Origin: Sarea resinae
Lineage: Eukaryota
DNA: 64,000 nucleotides
Assembly (NCBI GenBank): GCA_026026165.1
Contig: JAPEUD010000097.1
Coordinates: 1-64,000, forward strand
Direction of reading: 5' to 3'
The notes below the pieces were generated by a model that worked only from the letters and a program-made list of their open reading frames with translations, made no database searches and was not told where the DNA came from. Shown one piece after another: positions 1 to 13,220 of this stretch; the stretch's first letter is position 1, and each line of letters begins with the position of its first letter. The position numbers and the translations under genes are program-made.

Positions 1-319
1 TTAAAAGTAAGTCGCCACTTTGGATTCCCCCCCCCCCCCCCGCCAGCCAGATCTTGACTAATGGAAAATAGTGGTCATATAGCGGTCCGCCAAAATCTAC
101 ACATCTACTTCTACGGCTTCGTCAACGAAATAAATTCAAAAGAATAGAATAGTGCTTTCGCAGCGTCGTGGTACGTTCGCCAATACTGAGGTGGCCGGCC
201 CCTCCGGTACGGAAGAAAGAGTCAAGAAACTCATTGGTGATCTACAGCTTGCCCGTGCTTTGGCTTTACCCAACACCGTGTCCGAATATTATCTGAAAAG
301 TTGGGGAAGACTTGTATAA
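1..319 (+). other. Possible 3' remnant of a gene entering from outside the window
   Basis: Intron-like GTAAGT(7)..GACTAAT..TAG(70), then protein-like frames GHIAVRQNLHIYFYGFVNEINSKE* and VLSQRRGTF...YYLKSWGRLV* that are not in frame with each other; no family recognised. Confidence 0.25.
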
Positions 320-1871
320 TTTAAAAGAGTTTTGGTCATTGTAAGTACTATTTCGCTGCAGCCTTGCCTCTGATTTCCTTGCATGCGCTGTTCCTAGACT
401 TCGAGATGTTTTTACTTCATTGTGGTGTGGTGGCCCCTACGACCTGCCGGGTCCAAGCGCCATTGTCTTGCGCGCCACTCTTTTCGATGTCAAACCAGGG
501 GCTGTCGGAGTCGGAGTGGGATGATGAAACTTGCATCTTGAACCCAAGTTGTTTGCGATTTTTTCTTCTCATCTCTATGCTATCGATGCTGGAAGATAGA
601 AGAATTTCTGTTTTGCAATTCTCTCTTCAGGAGTCAGGCAGACCTTTCACTCGGAGCTTTTTGACATATGTTTTGTCTCGTCTTTGCAAGCTTCTCAATA
701 GCACGGTCACTTTTAAATGGGCTACCGAAATGCTCAGCACTCTCCTATGCAATTGGCACTGTCAGACAACTATCTGGATGAGTTTGCGGCTCAGCCACTT
801 CCCATCTTCTTTTGGCCACATCCCTTGCAAAGCAAGCTCAACTTTAGAGGAATAGGTGTATGCCCCGACGCAGTCTCTTAGCCAGACCTCTCTCATGCTC
901 ACTTCTTCGAGCTGTCACATGTTTTTTCTATGGCTCAACTCAGCGTCCACGGCTGTTTAGCAATACCTCGTCTTGTTCCTAACCGGAAGGCATACCTTGG
1001 ACATTTGATCTCTACATTCGGGATAGTATTGACAGGTCATATTCTTTAGTCCACCGGTATTCAGGTCACGACTTGTCTCACCACGTCTATACGAAATCGT
1101 CCACGATCAATAGAGTTCCGCAGGGCGTTATTCCGCAGTCTTAGTTTGTATCGTACCGCTACGTATAATTTGGTCCGGAGCCTTCAGGAAGGCGGAGCGG
1201 AGCGGGTGAATTTCTGTTACTCCGCAATCTTGATCTCAAAGTAAGACTTCCACTCCGCTGCACCCTCTCAATCCTACAAAATCTTTCCCACCCTATCCTA
1301 ATTTCAAACAAGCCACCAATCGTGGCGATTTCCAAGCTGCGACGTTAGACACGCTCAACGGCGCTAAACTTGATTTCGCCTTTAACATTGCTCTCAGTCG
1401 GCTCCCAATTCTTATCCTCACCTATTTGACCAGTCTCACATGAGCTGTAGACTTGTCGATTCATCTCACATCCGAAATTCTAGCTAATCTCTTAGTCAAA
1501 TTCTTAGAAGCGATTATCTAGCCCTCTAAGGGTTTGTAAACGCCATCTGTTCTTTCATCACCTCAGCATCGAAACGTTCTGCTGCCGAGTAGAGCTCATC
1601 TGCGAAGTCTCGCTCACCCCGATTCGAGGAAATCTTCTTCTCCTTGCATAGCACGGATCGAGAGTGAATCTATTCATACAAGATTGGATAGACTACACGA
1701 GGAACTTACAGCGGATCTCTCATCTGATTCGTAAGTCACTTCTCCGAATCAACTTTCATGTGACTGATTATTAACATCCTTTATAAGCTTCATATCCCTA
1801 TAGATTAGGGCCCTCATTTATCAAACCTTACCTCATCTTCTCGTCTGCCGGATAGACAGCTGTTTACGGTC

Positions 1872-4707
1872 ATGACTTCGACAAATATGCCTCCTCCACA
1901 AGGCAAATTTCCCCGCTCTTCGTTCGGCAATGTCAACGGTAACTCCCATTCGGCGCTTTTAGATAAAGCAAAGATGAATGCGAGACGCTCGACACCCGAT
2001 TCGGAGGTCCTCGCTTCATCCGACGATGAGCAGGACAATCGAATCCAGACACAAGCTGCTCCGTTGCCGAATCCTAGCAAGCCGGCAAGACGTTCCTCGT
2101 GGCTTAATGAGATCCAACCAGGCCCACAGCGCAAGCCTTCTTTTGCTAACCCCACATTTTCGCCCGTCAGTCCTCACCCTACCACTCCCTCCGGGGATCA
2201 AAATCCTTGGGCCACCGGGGTAGCACCCCATGGGGCTTCCAATATAGGCCGAGGATCTAGTGGTAGCGCTTCATATCCATGGGGCAATGGCATTTGGAAC
2301 CACGACACCCGCAAAGATCCGCCGTCTCGTCTGTCAGAGGTCTTGTCTGCTCATCCTGTTGGTGAGAATCTAAATCCCAGCTCTCGTCACAGTGACGATC
2401 CGCTGGCTGGCTCGTCCTATACACGACGGCCCAGCGCCGAGACAGCGCTCCCCTTTGCGATACCTCTCCATCCAACGCCCAAAACCTATCGTTCTCAATC
2501 CTACTCTGTGGGGCAGATGGAAGCTGAGTCAACTAGCGGTGCTCCGGCTGGCGCCCAGGGGATGCATCTTCCCGGTCGCATGAGGGCAGGGCAACAGCAA
2601 CCTGGCCTTCAGCACAGACCATCTCGACCGAGCTTACTTAACGAGGTGCCTCATGATGGGACCGCCTTGGGTCGGCTCCGTGAGGTTGAAGACGATGAGG
2701 AGAGTCCAAATGGGTCTCTTGAAGATAGCCAGCTATCGTCAGATCATGCTCGCAATATCGCGCGGGAGAATGAGCAGCTTGCTTGGCAAAACGCCCTTCT
2801 GAGGCAACAGGTTGCTGCGACTCAGGCTGAGCGACTGCAAACCAGAAATCGGGCCGCGACTATCAACTTCTCAAACGGCGCAAATGATGCTTCTGGTGGA
2901 GCTGAAAACAGTACTGATAGGTCCGAGTACGCGATAGATGAAGCAGACGATCTGAGCGAATTACAAGACTATAGGAATAGGGGTCTCCTAGGAAGGAGGT
3001 TCAGTGAGTACGGTGCTAACGTTGAGCCACGCTATCCGTCACCTGGTTTCCTGGATAACCGCAAGCTGGAGAGCATCAAGAAAGCCCATTGGTCTACATC
3101 CCTCGATTTCGGCGGACTTGCTGAAATTCCACAGAGTCGACGACATTCTTTCGCAGACGTTCCCACTCGCCATCCCTCCGTGGGATCAATTGGAGAGACT
3201 CCTAATAGTCTTCTCGGGAACGATCTGGGACCAGCTCTGGAAGGCAGGCATGAAGTTGGACAGGCTCGCCTGAATCGTGGCGACAGTAGTGAGTATGCTC
3301 TTTTTCGTTCGCGCAAAGTCCATGCAGAAGTTGCTCTAGAACAACAACATTTACACAATCGCAAATTCGCAGCATCGTACTTTTCCGGCATGACCGCTCT
3401 CAGAAATGCCGATCAATCCTCGCTTACGTCGCCTCCTACCTCGATTCAAGATGCATTTACCATGCAGAATTACGGCAACGCGGCGTCTACGAACAGCCGT
3501 GACATGTACGGAATACAGCAGCACCCTGGACTGTCACAGCCTCGCCAAAACCAGCTCCTTTACGTCGTGACATTCAAGTGCTGCCGTGCCGACGTCTTCT
3601 ACATTCAAGAAGGCACTGGCCTCCACGTGAAACCTGGCGACTTGGTCATCGTTGAAGCAGACCGCGGCACAGACTTGGGTACAGTCGCACATGAGAATGT
3701 CACTTGGGCCAAGGCCAAAGAGTGCAAGGAGTTCTACGCCGAAGAGCACTACAAATGGCTGATGATGTTCTCTCGTCAAGGCCAAGCCGTCAATCCTAAT
3801 GGGATGCACAACGTGAGTAACGGCGTTCAAGGTAGCGCTAGCGGTGGCATGGGACCTCCTCAACCGGGACAGCATGGCATGCAAGACCCGCCTAGTGGCG
3901 AACTTAAACCCAAGATGATCAAACGCCTGGCACAAAACCATGAAATTCAAACCCTCAGAGACAAAGAGGGCAATGAGGCCAAAGCGAAGCGTGTGTGTCA
4001 GCAGAAGGTTGTCGAGCATCGTCTGAACATGGAGATCCTTGATGCGGAGTTTCAAATGTGAGTGCTCCGAGTATACTTGGTGAAGCAAATGCTAAACCGT
4101 CTCAAGGGATTGGAAGAAATTAACTTTCTATTACTTTGCGGACTCTTACATCAATTTCAACTCCCTCGTCACAGATCTATTCAAAGTGTACAAAACGCGA
4201 ATTTGGATGTCGGCAATTAATCCGGCCTCCTTCGCTACCCCCTCTGCAGGTTTGCAGCCGCCTAGTGGAATTGGTCCTGGAGCTCTTGGATTCGGTCGCG
4301 AGAATGGCTTCGAACAACGTCAGCAGGAATCTCCAGCGTACGGAGGACTCGGTCCGTACCGTAATTTCGGGCTTGGCCAAGCAACCGAATTGAATCGTGA
4401 TACCGGGTCACCTATGGAATCGGGACCCCAGCAGAGCAACCAGGGGTACCAGCAATCCATGCGCGCTCCCGCCCGTACGAACAATGAGCGTCCTCAGGAT
4501 ATTATTCAGAACATGCGCCAATACGGATCTCCCTTTCCAAACAGCTTCAGTCCTTTCGCTACCAGCGGTGCTCCCGCATCCTCTTCTGGATTGCCTGACC
4601 AATATCTTACCGGTTTCGCACCTGGTGGGCACGAAGCTAGGAAGTCTGCTCCTTTGGGCAACGAATGGATGAACCGTTTCCAGGACCTCTCTCTGGGCTC
4701 ACGCTAA
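1872..4707 (+). CDS. PSP1 C-terminal domain protein (yeast Psp1-like)
   Basis: Motifs YVVTFKCCRADVFY, DLVIVEADRGTDLG, MEILDAEFQM|DWKKLTFYYFADSYINFNSLVTDLFKVYKTRIWM; intron 4058-4106 (GTGAGT..AAG) joins the two ORFs; probable 5'UTR intron starting GTAAGT near 1730. Confidence 0.9.
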
Positions 4708-5284
4708 AGCTTTCTCTCTTTATCAACTCGGGGACAGACTGGGAGAGAGCAAGGTTGTCTCGAGCATAGATAGGTGGGTAGGTGGCATTAGGCAATGGCT
4801 CTTCATGCTTGTAATGCGTGCTGCGAGATGCGTGAATTTTTCATTTGGCATTATCAGGCGGATATGATGGATTTGGAGAACTGGAAAGGCAATGGGCGGG
4901 GATACAGATTCTTTATTCACTTCTACACTTTGTAATCTTCACAGGTGTACTTAGGGTATGCATCAAATTAAAAATGATCAACATGAAAATTCCTCCTATC
5001 ACGTGTTTGTTTTCTTTTTCTATTTACAGGCATGATTTCGCAGCTCAACCTGCTGTCTTTAGATTTATCAAATCTCTACATCGATAGCTACAAGCATGAC
5101 TGATGACGAATTGATGAAATGTACTGGACTGTATACCACAAGACGATTCTGACCGACCTTCTTGGCTCAAGATCAAAGCAATTAGGCAATCATAACCAGC
5201 ACTACATGCAGACCCCAACGTAGCGGCTAAGACGAGGAAATTCAAAATTAAGCCCCGGAGGTTGCAACCAAGGCACCTGCGTCC

Positions 5285-6447
5285 ATGATGGGCCGGACAA
5301 GGGCTCTAGAAATGCATTCTAACGACGGTAAGCCAACTTTTTCTCCGCTTTCTCGTGTCCTCCCCTTGTCCCCAATATGCTTTCTAGGAATCGAGAGTAG
5401 CACTGAAAATGATGCGCTCTCGCTACAGGTGAAGCAACAAGACCAGCTCCCATTTCGAAGAGGGTCAAGCTAAGCAACAGAGAAATAGAAGAGGCTGCGA
5501 TGAATGAGCATGACGATGAGCCTGCGAGAAGGGCGACCCAGCAGAAAAGAGTCCCATCTCGAATGCCCGCGCGGGTGGAGAAAGTGAAGCCCAAGGGAAG
5601 GACTAGGAAGAAAGATAGATACGTGACTGAATTCGTGGAGAGGGTGCGGAAGGATGAGGAACTGCTGCTGGGACTTATACAAGACAAAAGAGAAGAGAGG
5701 TGAGTTGAATGCCTAGCTCCAGTCTGACCACTCAGGTTGGCGTTTTATAATTGGCAGCGCCTATCTACTATCCTTTTATCTTGTATGTCAAGCTTGTTCC
5801 TGGCTCTTGGACTGATCCGTGACGATTTCAGGGAAAGGAGGAAGAGGGCCTTTGAGGCAAAGATGAAAGGTCTATTTGAGGAAATTGGACTGATGGGAAA
5901 AAATGTTGTCGAACCTGCAGAAGACGATGGGAGACGAAGTACACAAAAGAAGGGACACAGCTCAGAGGCGCCCTTTCCCTCGCCTTCATATCACCCCGGC
6001 CGGGCACCAGCACAGGCTCACCCTTACTTTTCCTGCGCCGAGACCCTCATCAACCAGTCTCAGACTCTGATCGCTTCATACGGGACTCTGGCCGCGCAGA
6101 TCGAGGCCACGGGAGTTAGACTCGGCGCTGAGGTAACAGAGCGGGCGAAGATGTGGGAAGAGGAGCGGGGCGAGATGGGCAGGATCTTACAACTCGGGAA
6201 GGAGGCTGCGGAGGAGAGAGTTGGAAAGCTACTGGCTGGAAAGGCAATGAAGGAGAGCGGGAGTGGGAGCGAAGTTGTGGATGGGGGTTTAGAGAAAGAG
6301 AGGAACGATGTCCTGAAAGTCTTCGGACTTGAAGAGGATGAGAAGGAGAGGGGACGAGCTGGATGGGCAAAGGTAGCGAAAGGGGTGGAAAGAGGAATCA
6401 GGAGGGTGTTGAGGGGTCTGCCTGCTACGAGGGTGGAGGAAGATTAG
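5285..6447 (+). CDS. Hypothetical protein, 3 exons (5285-5327, 5429-5699, 5832-6447)
   Basis: GTAAGC..TACAG and GTGAGT..TTCAG introns join three ORFs in frame; charged, helical composition; ends GWAKVAKGVERGIRRVLRGLP. Confidence 0.7.
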
Positions 6448-6887
6448 TGGCGTTCTCACGGAATGAGGTTGAAGGTTGTTGATTGAACTGGCTGAAGCTT
6501 TTCGGGGGTTTGCGCTGTCATTTATGCCCAACCAATGCCCATGTCCAATGTGCATGCATGGCTTGCTTCAGAGTTTCAGGCCAAAATTCGTCGAACGTCT
6601 CAGGTCAGAACAGATGCTGAGGCGATGGCCATGTGCAATGTACTGTACTCCGAGTACACTTCGTACCGAGACGACAACTGATCACGGTCACGTGAGACTT
6701 GCCTCGGCCGCGATTTAGGGTAAGACGTTGAGACTTCGCTCCACACTAAAAAGTAAGCGAAGCGAAGCGCACACAGAGCAAAGGCGAGTCGTCGAACATT
6801 TCCATCTCGAAACACCAACCCCACGACGACAACGACAACGACACCGACACCGACTCCGACGACACCCATCGGACGACCGCAGACACC

Positions 6888-8016
6888 ATGGGCGCCTACG
6901 CTTATATCGCTGAGCTTCAGAAGAAGAAGCAGTCGGATGTCCTCCGCTTCCTTCTCCGTGTCCGCTGCTGGGAGGTAAGAAATATCTGATCGTTGCGTTT
7001 GATTGATTCGAGAGCCTCAGAGAGAGAGAGAGAGAGAGAGCCTGAAACCTCCAATGGATGCGTCGACGGTGGTGGGAACAGTCCTCGACGACCCGACCTG
7101 CCTCTCCGTCTGCGCTGTCTCCCAACGGAGAGAAGGAAGGAAGAAAGACAAGATTGTGCCCGTCATCCACGTTCTACGTCCTCTGTGTGATGGATCCCCA
7201 TCGAATTGGGCCTTCCTCGACAGAATACAAGACTAGACCCGGATGGCACGCAAGGGCATCTTCTCATTCTACTATTCTGTGGCACTTTGTCTCGACAACG
7301 TGTCTTGCTATACACTCGTTGAACATTAGCTGAGAGTGCATCAATATAGCTCCGTCAACTGAACGTCATCCACCGCGCCTCGCGCCCCTCGCGCCCGGAC
7401 AAGGCCCGCCGTCTGGGATACAAGGCCAAGCAAGGCTATGTCATCTACCGCGTGCGCGTGCGCCGTGGAGGTCGCAAGCGGCCTGTGCCCAAGGGTGCCA
7501 CCTATGGTACGTCTTGTATTATATTCGAACCGTCCAAATCCAGTGGTCTAATTACCTTTTTTCTTCAACAGGCAAGCCCACCAACCAGGGTGTGAACCAA
7601 CTTAAATACCAGCGCTCGCTCAAGTCGACCGCCGAGGAGCGTGTCGGCCGTCGCTGCGCCAACTTGCGCGTCCTGAACTCGTACTGGATCAACCAGGACT
7701 CGACGTACAAGTACTACGAAGTCATCCTCGTCGACCCCCAGCACAAGGCCATCCGCCGCGACCCGCGCATCAACTGGATCGTCAAGCCCGTCCACAAGGT
7801 ACGATTTCTCTCTTTGAATTCTTCCGTCTCCTCGACGGTCGAAGAACCCGCTGCTAACGTGCGACCCTTTCACAGCACCGCGAATCCCGCGGCCTCACGG
7901 CCACCGGCAAGAAGTCGCGCGGTCTCGGCAAGGGCCACGGCTACAACAAGACCACGGCCGGCCGCCGCAAGACCTGGAAGCGCCACAACACCGAGTCGTA
8001 CTGGCGCTACAGATAG
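6888..8016 (+). CDS. RPL15: 60S ribosomal protein eL15
   Basis: [29 protein letters not shown]...[21 protein letters not shown]...WRYR; introns 6975-7349, 7507-7571, 7799-7875. Confidence 0.98.
7019..7040. repeat. (AG)11 microsatellite in RPL15 intron 1
   Basis: Direct reading. Confidence 0.95.
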
Positions 8017-9227
8017 ACGTGATCTTCTCGTATGCGTATGCGTATCCGTACTTGGGTGCTCTTGCTCTTGTACGGCTACGGGTTACTGCTACGGTGCGGT
8101 CCGTTTCTGTCCACCTTGCCTTGTTACTGCTGTTGTCCTGGTCCTGGTCCTCGGGGGTCTTTCTCACAAATATTTCGTCACGGTCATGTCATTTGCCCTT
8201 TTTTGCATCCATCCATCCATCCATCCAGTCCTCTCTTGTGATGCCCTCTAGCTACTTTACACTACCCTACCCTACCTTACTTTACCAACCTCTCATAGGT
8301 TACTCTTCTGACAATCTTTCAAGAAGATCTCTTATCTCTGCTAGAGGGGATGATGATGGCATGACATGACATGACACGGTAGACTAAGAAAAGAAGTGAC
8401 AATGCCAATGCCAATGACAACTATCAGGCCAATGACAATGACAATGACGACGATGACGATGACGATGGCGATGACATGGAGCCCAGACACCACAAAAGCT
8501 TGACACGAATCCTAATCCTAATCCTAATCTTGTAATTCGATTCTAATACAGTCTCTATAAACAAAGCTCTGCTTCCGCTGATGCTTCTGCTCTTGCTGAT
8601 GACTACCGAGTGCCGATGCATGTATAGCTAATCTATCGACAGCGTGATAAGACGACGACCAGCACGGGGTCAGCAGCGGCTCCACCACCGCCGGCGCCGA
8701 TGGCCAGGCCACCTTCACCCCCACCCCCACCCCATCCCACCTTCCTTCCAACAACCCCAACCCCAACCCACGACACCACAAACGACAAGCGACAAAAGAG
8801 GACTAGTCTAATCTAATCTATTGGATATATAGGTAAGTACTAAAGAGGAAACTTGATTGAAAGCGAGTGAAGAATTGAAGAAGACCAGTGGGAAAGAGGT
8901 GGCGGGAAAGGCGGGAAAGCCGCACACGTCGAGTTGAGACCAAGCCCGCCCCACCGATCCATCACTTCTCGTGCTTCCAGGAACGGCCGCCGATCATGTA
9001 CCATCCGGCTCGGCCGGCGCGGGAAAGACGAGGTGGGAGAAGAGAAAGAAAAGAGGACACCAAACGCCTGGCTGTTCCATGGCATACTCCTAACAGAAAT
9101 AGCAGACAGGGCAGAGGGATCAGGAAGAAAAAGAAAACAGAACAACCACCAGCTAGTCCGTCACTCACTCACTCACTCACTTACTCAACACAAAGTTCAT
9201 CCCCCAACACGTATATCATAAATACAC

Positions 9228-12200
9228 CTACTTCAACCCGAACCCCTCACTCTCGTCGACCGCCCTCCAGAGCTTCATCTCCAGCTTCTCCCTGCTTGCG
9301 TAGCGCCAGAGGCCCAGCTGGTTGAAGCACGTCCGCGCAATTGGGAACCTCTCACAGTCCGGGCCAAGACAGCTGACCTTGATCACGAGATTGGTGGCAC
9401 CCATGGCGGGGATGCGATCCGAGCCCGTGATGAAGGAGAGGAGCTTGCGCTGCTGCATTGGCGTGGCGCGAGCGAAGATGTCCCAGAACCAGATCAGCGG
9501 TTTTTCCGTCTCCGAAGGGTTGGCCGATGGTGGTTGAGAAGGAGAGGGAGAATGCGAAGGTGGAGGCGCGGGAACGGGCATGGAACTACCAAGGGGTATG
9601 TTGGCAGCGGGGTTGGGAAGATGGGAATGGGTGCGATCATTTGGGAGCCAATTCTCGTAGGTTGCGACAGCTCTAAGGGAAGACACGTCGAGAGGTTCAT
9701 CCGATCCACGGACGAGGAGTTCGATTTCTTCGGGTCGAAACAGCGCAAGTGCATTACCGCCGCAGACAGTGTAGAATCCGCGCTTCAAGGGCTCGAATTG
9801 GCGGGCCACGGCAGTGTCAAGCAGATACTGGACGTAGAGGTCAACGAACTCGCGACGATTGGCGTTGGTCACGGGCCTGTTTTCGCCGTCTGGACGAAGC
9901 GGTACGGTGACGTTTTGTCCGTAGCGGTCAACATCCGCGACGAAGTCGCGGCAGAAGGTCTCTTGGACATCACCGTCGAATTCGAGGAGCTGGCGCAAAC
10001 CGTTGGCTAGGGCGGGTCGGAATTCGGCGAGATCATCGAGAGTGTAGACAAGTGGGGGCCGGGGGGTGGTACTGTGTTGTGGGGCGGATGCTAGTAACTT
10101 CTTGAATGCAAAGGGCGGCAGGGCTACATCGAGGATGGTGGAGTTGTAAATTGCAAGCCCCAGGACCACACCAACAAGAAAGAATTGGTCCGAGGTTTCG
10201 AAACAATAGGGATTGAAGTAGCAGAAATGCGAGTCCTCGTCATACACGAACATTCCTGCATCCATGAGAAGGAGTCTAAAACCCAAAAGTCTAGTGGCAC
10301 TTACCGTGATTGGGGTCGAAGACCTCTCGCACCAGCAAGAGGAACCATTCTTTCCGTAGCCCTCCTGCATCAACCCCTTCCTCTCCCATGAACTCGATTC
10401 GGAGGCCTTTCTTAATTTCTTCTTGACCCGTGCCGACAACCTCGCTGACACTCCTCAAGCTGTCTTCCACCAGGCAGTCTCTTCTCACTTTCAGTACGAG
10501 GAATTGACTGACAGATTTCCGGCTCATGATGCTGTTGAAGAAGGCTTCTCGAGCTTTCACATCCATTTGTCGTCGAGCGTCATACTCCATAATCTTGATC
10601 TTTGCCCAGATACTGAGGAAAAAGGGATACTGGCAGAACGAAAACTTCCCCCGCCGAGACTCCCAAGCTTCAAAATCAGCAATGAGGTCAGAATAGTCCA
10701 GAAGGGTATTATAGAAATCACTCGTGGGGATGATTTGGCCATGTCTCTGGGCTCTGTCGCGGGCGACTAAGCCAGCACTTGGAAGCCCCGCGTCTGATGC
10801 TGACACGTTGACCGGATCAGTTTTTCTCGCTGTTCCGCTGTTGTTTGCTGCGAAGAGTAGAGACATGATCTTGGAGGCTGCTTTGATCTGCCAATCCTCG
10901 GCATACACCACTGGCTTTGGCTTCCCATCAGATGTCTTGGGGGCCCCAGACAAGCCCAATGCCGCGTGAAGCTGAGCAGAGCTGCCAGCACCTGGGCCAG
11001 AGAGATTTGGTATGAGTCCAGCGGTAGGATCATGACTATTGCCTCGCTTTCGCCCATTTTGCCTACTAAGACGGTAGGTGACGAAGCTTCCAATCAATTC
11101 CACGGTCCTTTGAAAGTGACTTTCGGAGAACCGCGAGAACCAAGAAACGAGATAACGGTGACAGTCGTTAGGGAGATTCGATAAGAGACCGATAATTCGT
11201 TTTATAATACTCGAGTGTTGCCCAAGCCCCCTGATGGCCTTTCCAGGCGATTTTTGCAGTGGCGGTGATGCCCGTGATGGCCGTCGCTCCAAGGTGTTGA
11301 TGCCCCGTGATGGATGTCTGTCCCGCGCATGCGAGCTGTTCGCCTTCACTGATGAAATATATTTTGAGCTTGAAGAATAGAAGAGCGGATTTGTCAGTAG
11401 AATCAGAAGAACTCTTGCGTCCTCGGCGTTCCTAATTGGGTGTCCGGGCCGCTTGAGTAAATTCTCCGTGGCCTTCAGCAGCGTACGATGCATATGTAAT
11501 CTGGCTTCATCGATTTCTTCTTCGATTTCTCGCATGCGCTCTGTCATCTCCGAGCTCTTGTTGCCTGCGTTCCGTTTTCCGAACTCAGAGGCCCTATACA
11601 ATTCTTGAAACTTTGTCCTCCACGACTTCCCAGCACTTAGAAAGATATGATACCATTCATTGAGTTCAACCCAGTCAATTCTCGGTGATCTCATACTAAC
11701 AAGACCTTTGGAACTAGAAGAAGTATCGACTGACTTGTCCCTCTCTTTCCGCCCATGTGAGCGACGTCGTCCTGTTCTTCCACCAGTCCACCAGGAGCCA
11801 TTTTCGGCAAAGTCTCCAAGAAGCAATGTTTTTTCATCGAGATCAGAGATAGGTATGTCCTTTTCAAGCGGTTTTCCTCGCTCTCGATGTAGGTCAAATA
11901 CAGTCTCAGTTCCTTCACTAGCCGCTCGGATAGGAAGCCGGGGTCTCGTGCTGAAGGAACTGTTCAGGCACTCCCAGGAACTGAAAGAGTCGACAATATA
12001 ATCTTCCAAGGGCCGGAAAATTGACACCACCTTGTCATGCCTTTGCTTATTGATTTCGTCCGCGTTTGGTATGTTTTCTCGCCTCTTCGAAGATTGTCCT
12101 GGCCTGTCGACCGCTATCGGCTCGCGAGTGCCCACATCATCCCCATTGCCTGTAGTCCCGTTTGAGGGTGGTGGGGGAGGTTGTCTTATTGGTGGCTTTG

Positions 12201-13220
12201 GTACGATGCTCTCAACGCCATTGCGGTCCATTTGCTCGAGCGGTGAGGATAGATGTCCAGGTAATGAGGTTGAGTAACTAGTATGCGGGCGCCCATCGGG
12301 ATCTGGTATGTCTGTCCCATCTCCACCAAGCTTTACAGGTGGCGAAGAGAGATATATTGGTGGAGCAAGCGTGGATGCAGGCTTCAGCCTACTGAATGAA
12401 AGAGGACGGTGAGATTCCTCGTCGGAGAGATCGAGTGCATCACTGAATATGGATGAATCGGGAGCAGAGAGCAAGTCCAGCTTCTGCCGAGCAGCATGAG
12501 CCTTCATCCGGTGTTGGAGGTAGCCGGTGATGCACCTGTCGATGATCGCTTGCGTTCGTTCTATTGACACTGGTGGGGCTGCCGAAACCGTCAGTGTTCG
12601 TATATTCTGGCTGTAAACAGTGTCTTACCTTGCCGAGTCGCAGCTGATGACGGTGTCTTGCCAGGTCTAGCTGGTGATGCATCTCTTTGTGCCTGGAACC
12701 GCTGCGGCGGCGGGTCGATCGGCTTCAGATCGTTGATCATCAGACATATCGTGCACCTATACACCTTCAAGTCTTTTGGCCATCGCACCGTCGAATCACA
12801 CGTCATGCATTTTCCCTGTATCAACTCATTGTCCGGAAGCCTGCCCTGCTTGCTAGCGCCGCCTAAGCCGGCTTTCGAAGGACTGGAAGAAGAGCCCATA
12901 TTTGAGGTTGTGGAAACATGGCCGTTTGCAGGGTCTTCTCCGGTCTCATGTGGCTGAACCTTCTTCTTGCCACTGAAGATGTAGGGAAATGGATGGCTCA
13001 GAGATCGGCCATGGCGGGCGCCAAACTTTGATGGGCTGGAATTTGACGAGGCATCTGTCTCGTGGGCAGGCGGGCGCAAGCTCGGGGAGCTATTGAGGTG
13101 GGTCGGAGGATCATTCGAGGACTGCGAGCCCGTCAACGCATGGGGAGAGTTTCCGGTGGCAGAGGAGCCCGGGCCGGCGGGGTGGGAAGTGGCGAGTAAA
13201 CGGGAAGACCACGAAGGCAT
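9228..13220 (-). CDS. HECT E3 ubiquitin ligase, Hul4-like, with N-terminal C4 zinc motif
   Basis: KKGLRIEFMGEEGVDAGGLRKEWF, FITGSDRIP, catalytic PIARTCFNQL; N-terminal CMTC...CTIC; introns near 12628-12579 and 10304-10256. Confidence 0.93.

Noticed and set aside
27..41. C15 homopolymer
   Set aside because: Lies in an intron-like segment; simple slippage or sequencing artefact.
364..855. 163-aa plus-strand ORF
   Set aside because: Non-ATG start, atypical composition, no recognisable domain.
8508..8529. (AATCCT)n resembling a telomeric repeat
   Set aside because: Only ~3.5 units of TTAGGA, not TTAGGG, among other microsatellites in a 3' region.
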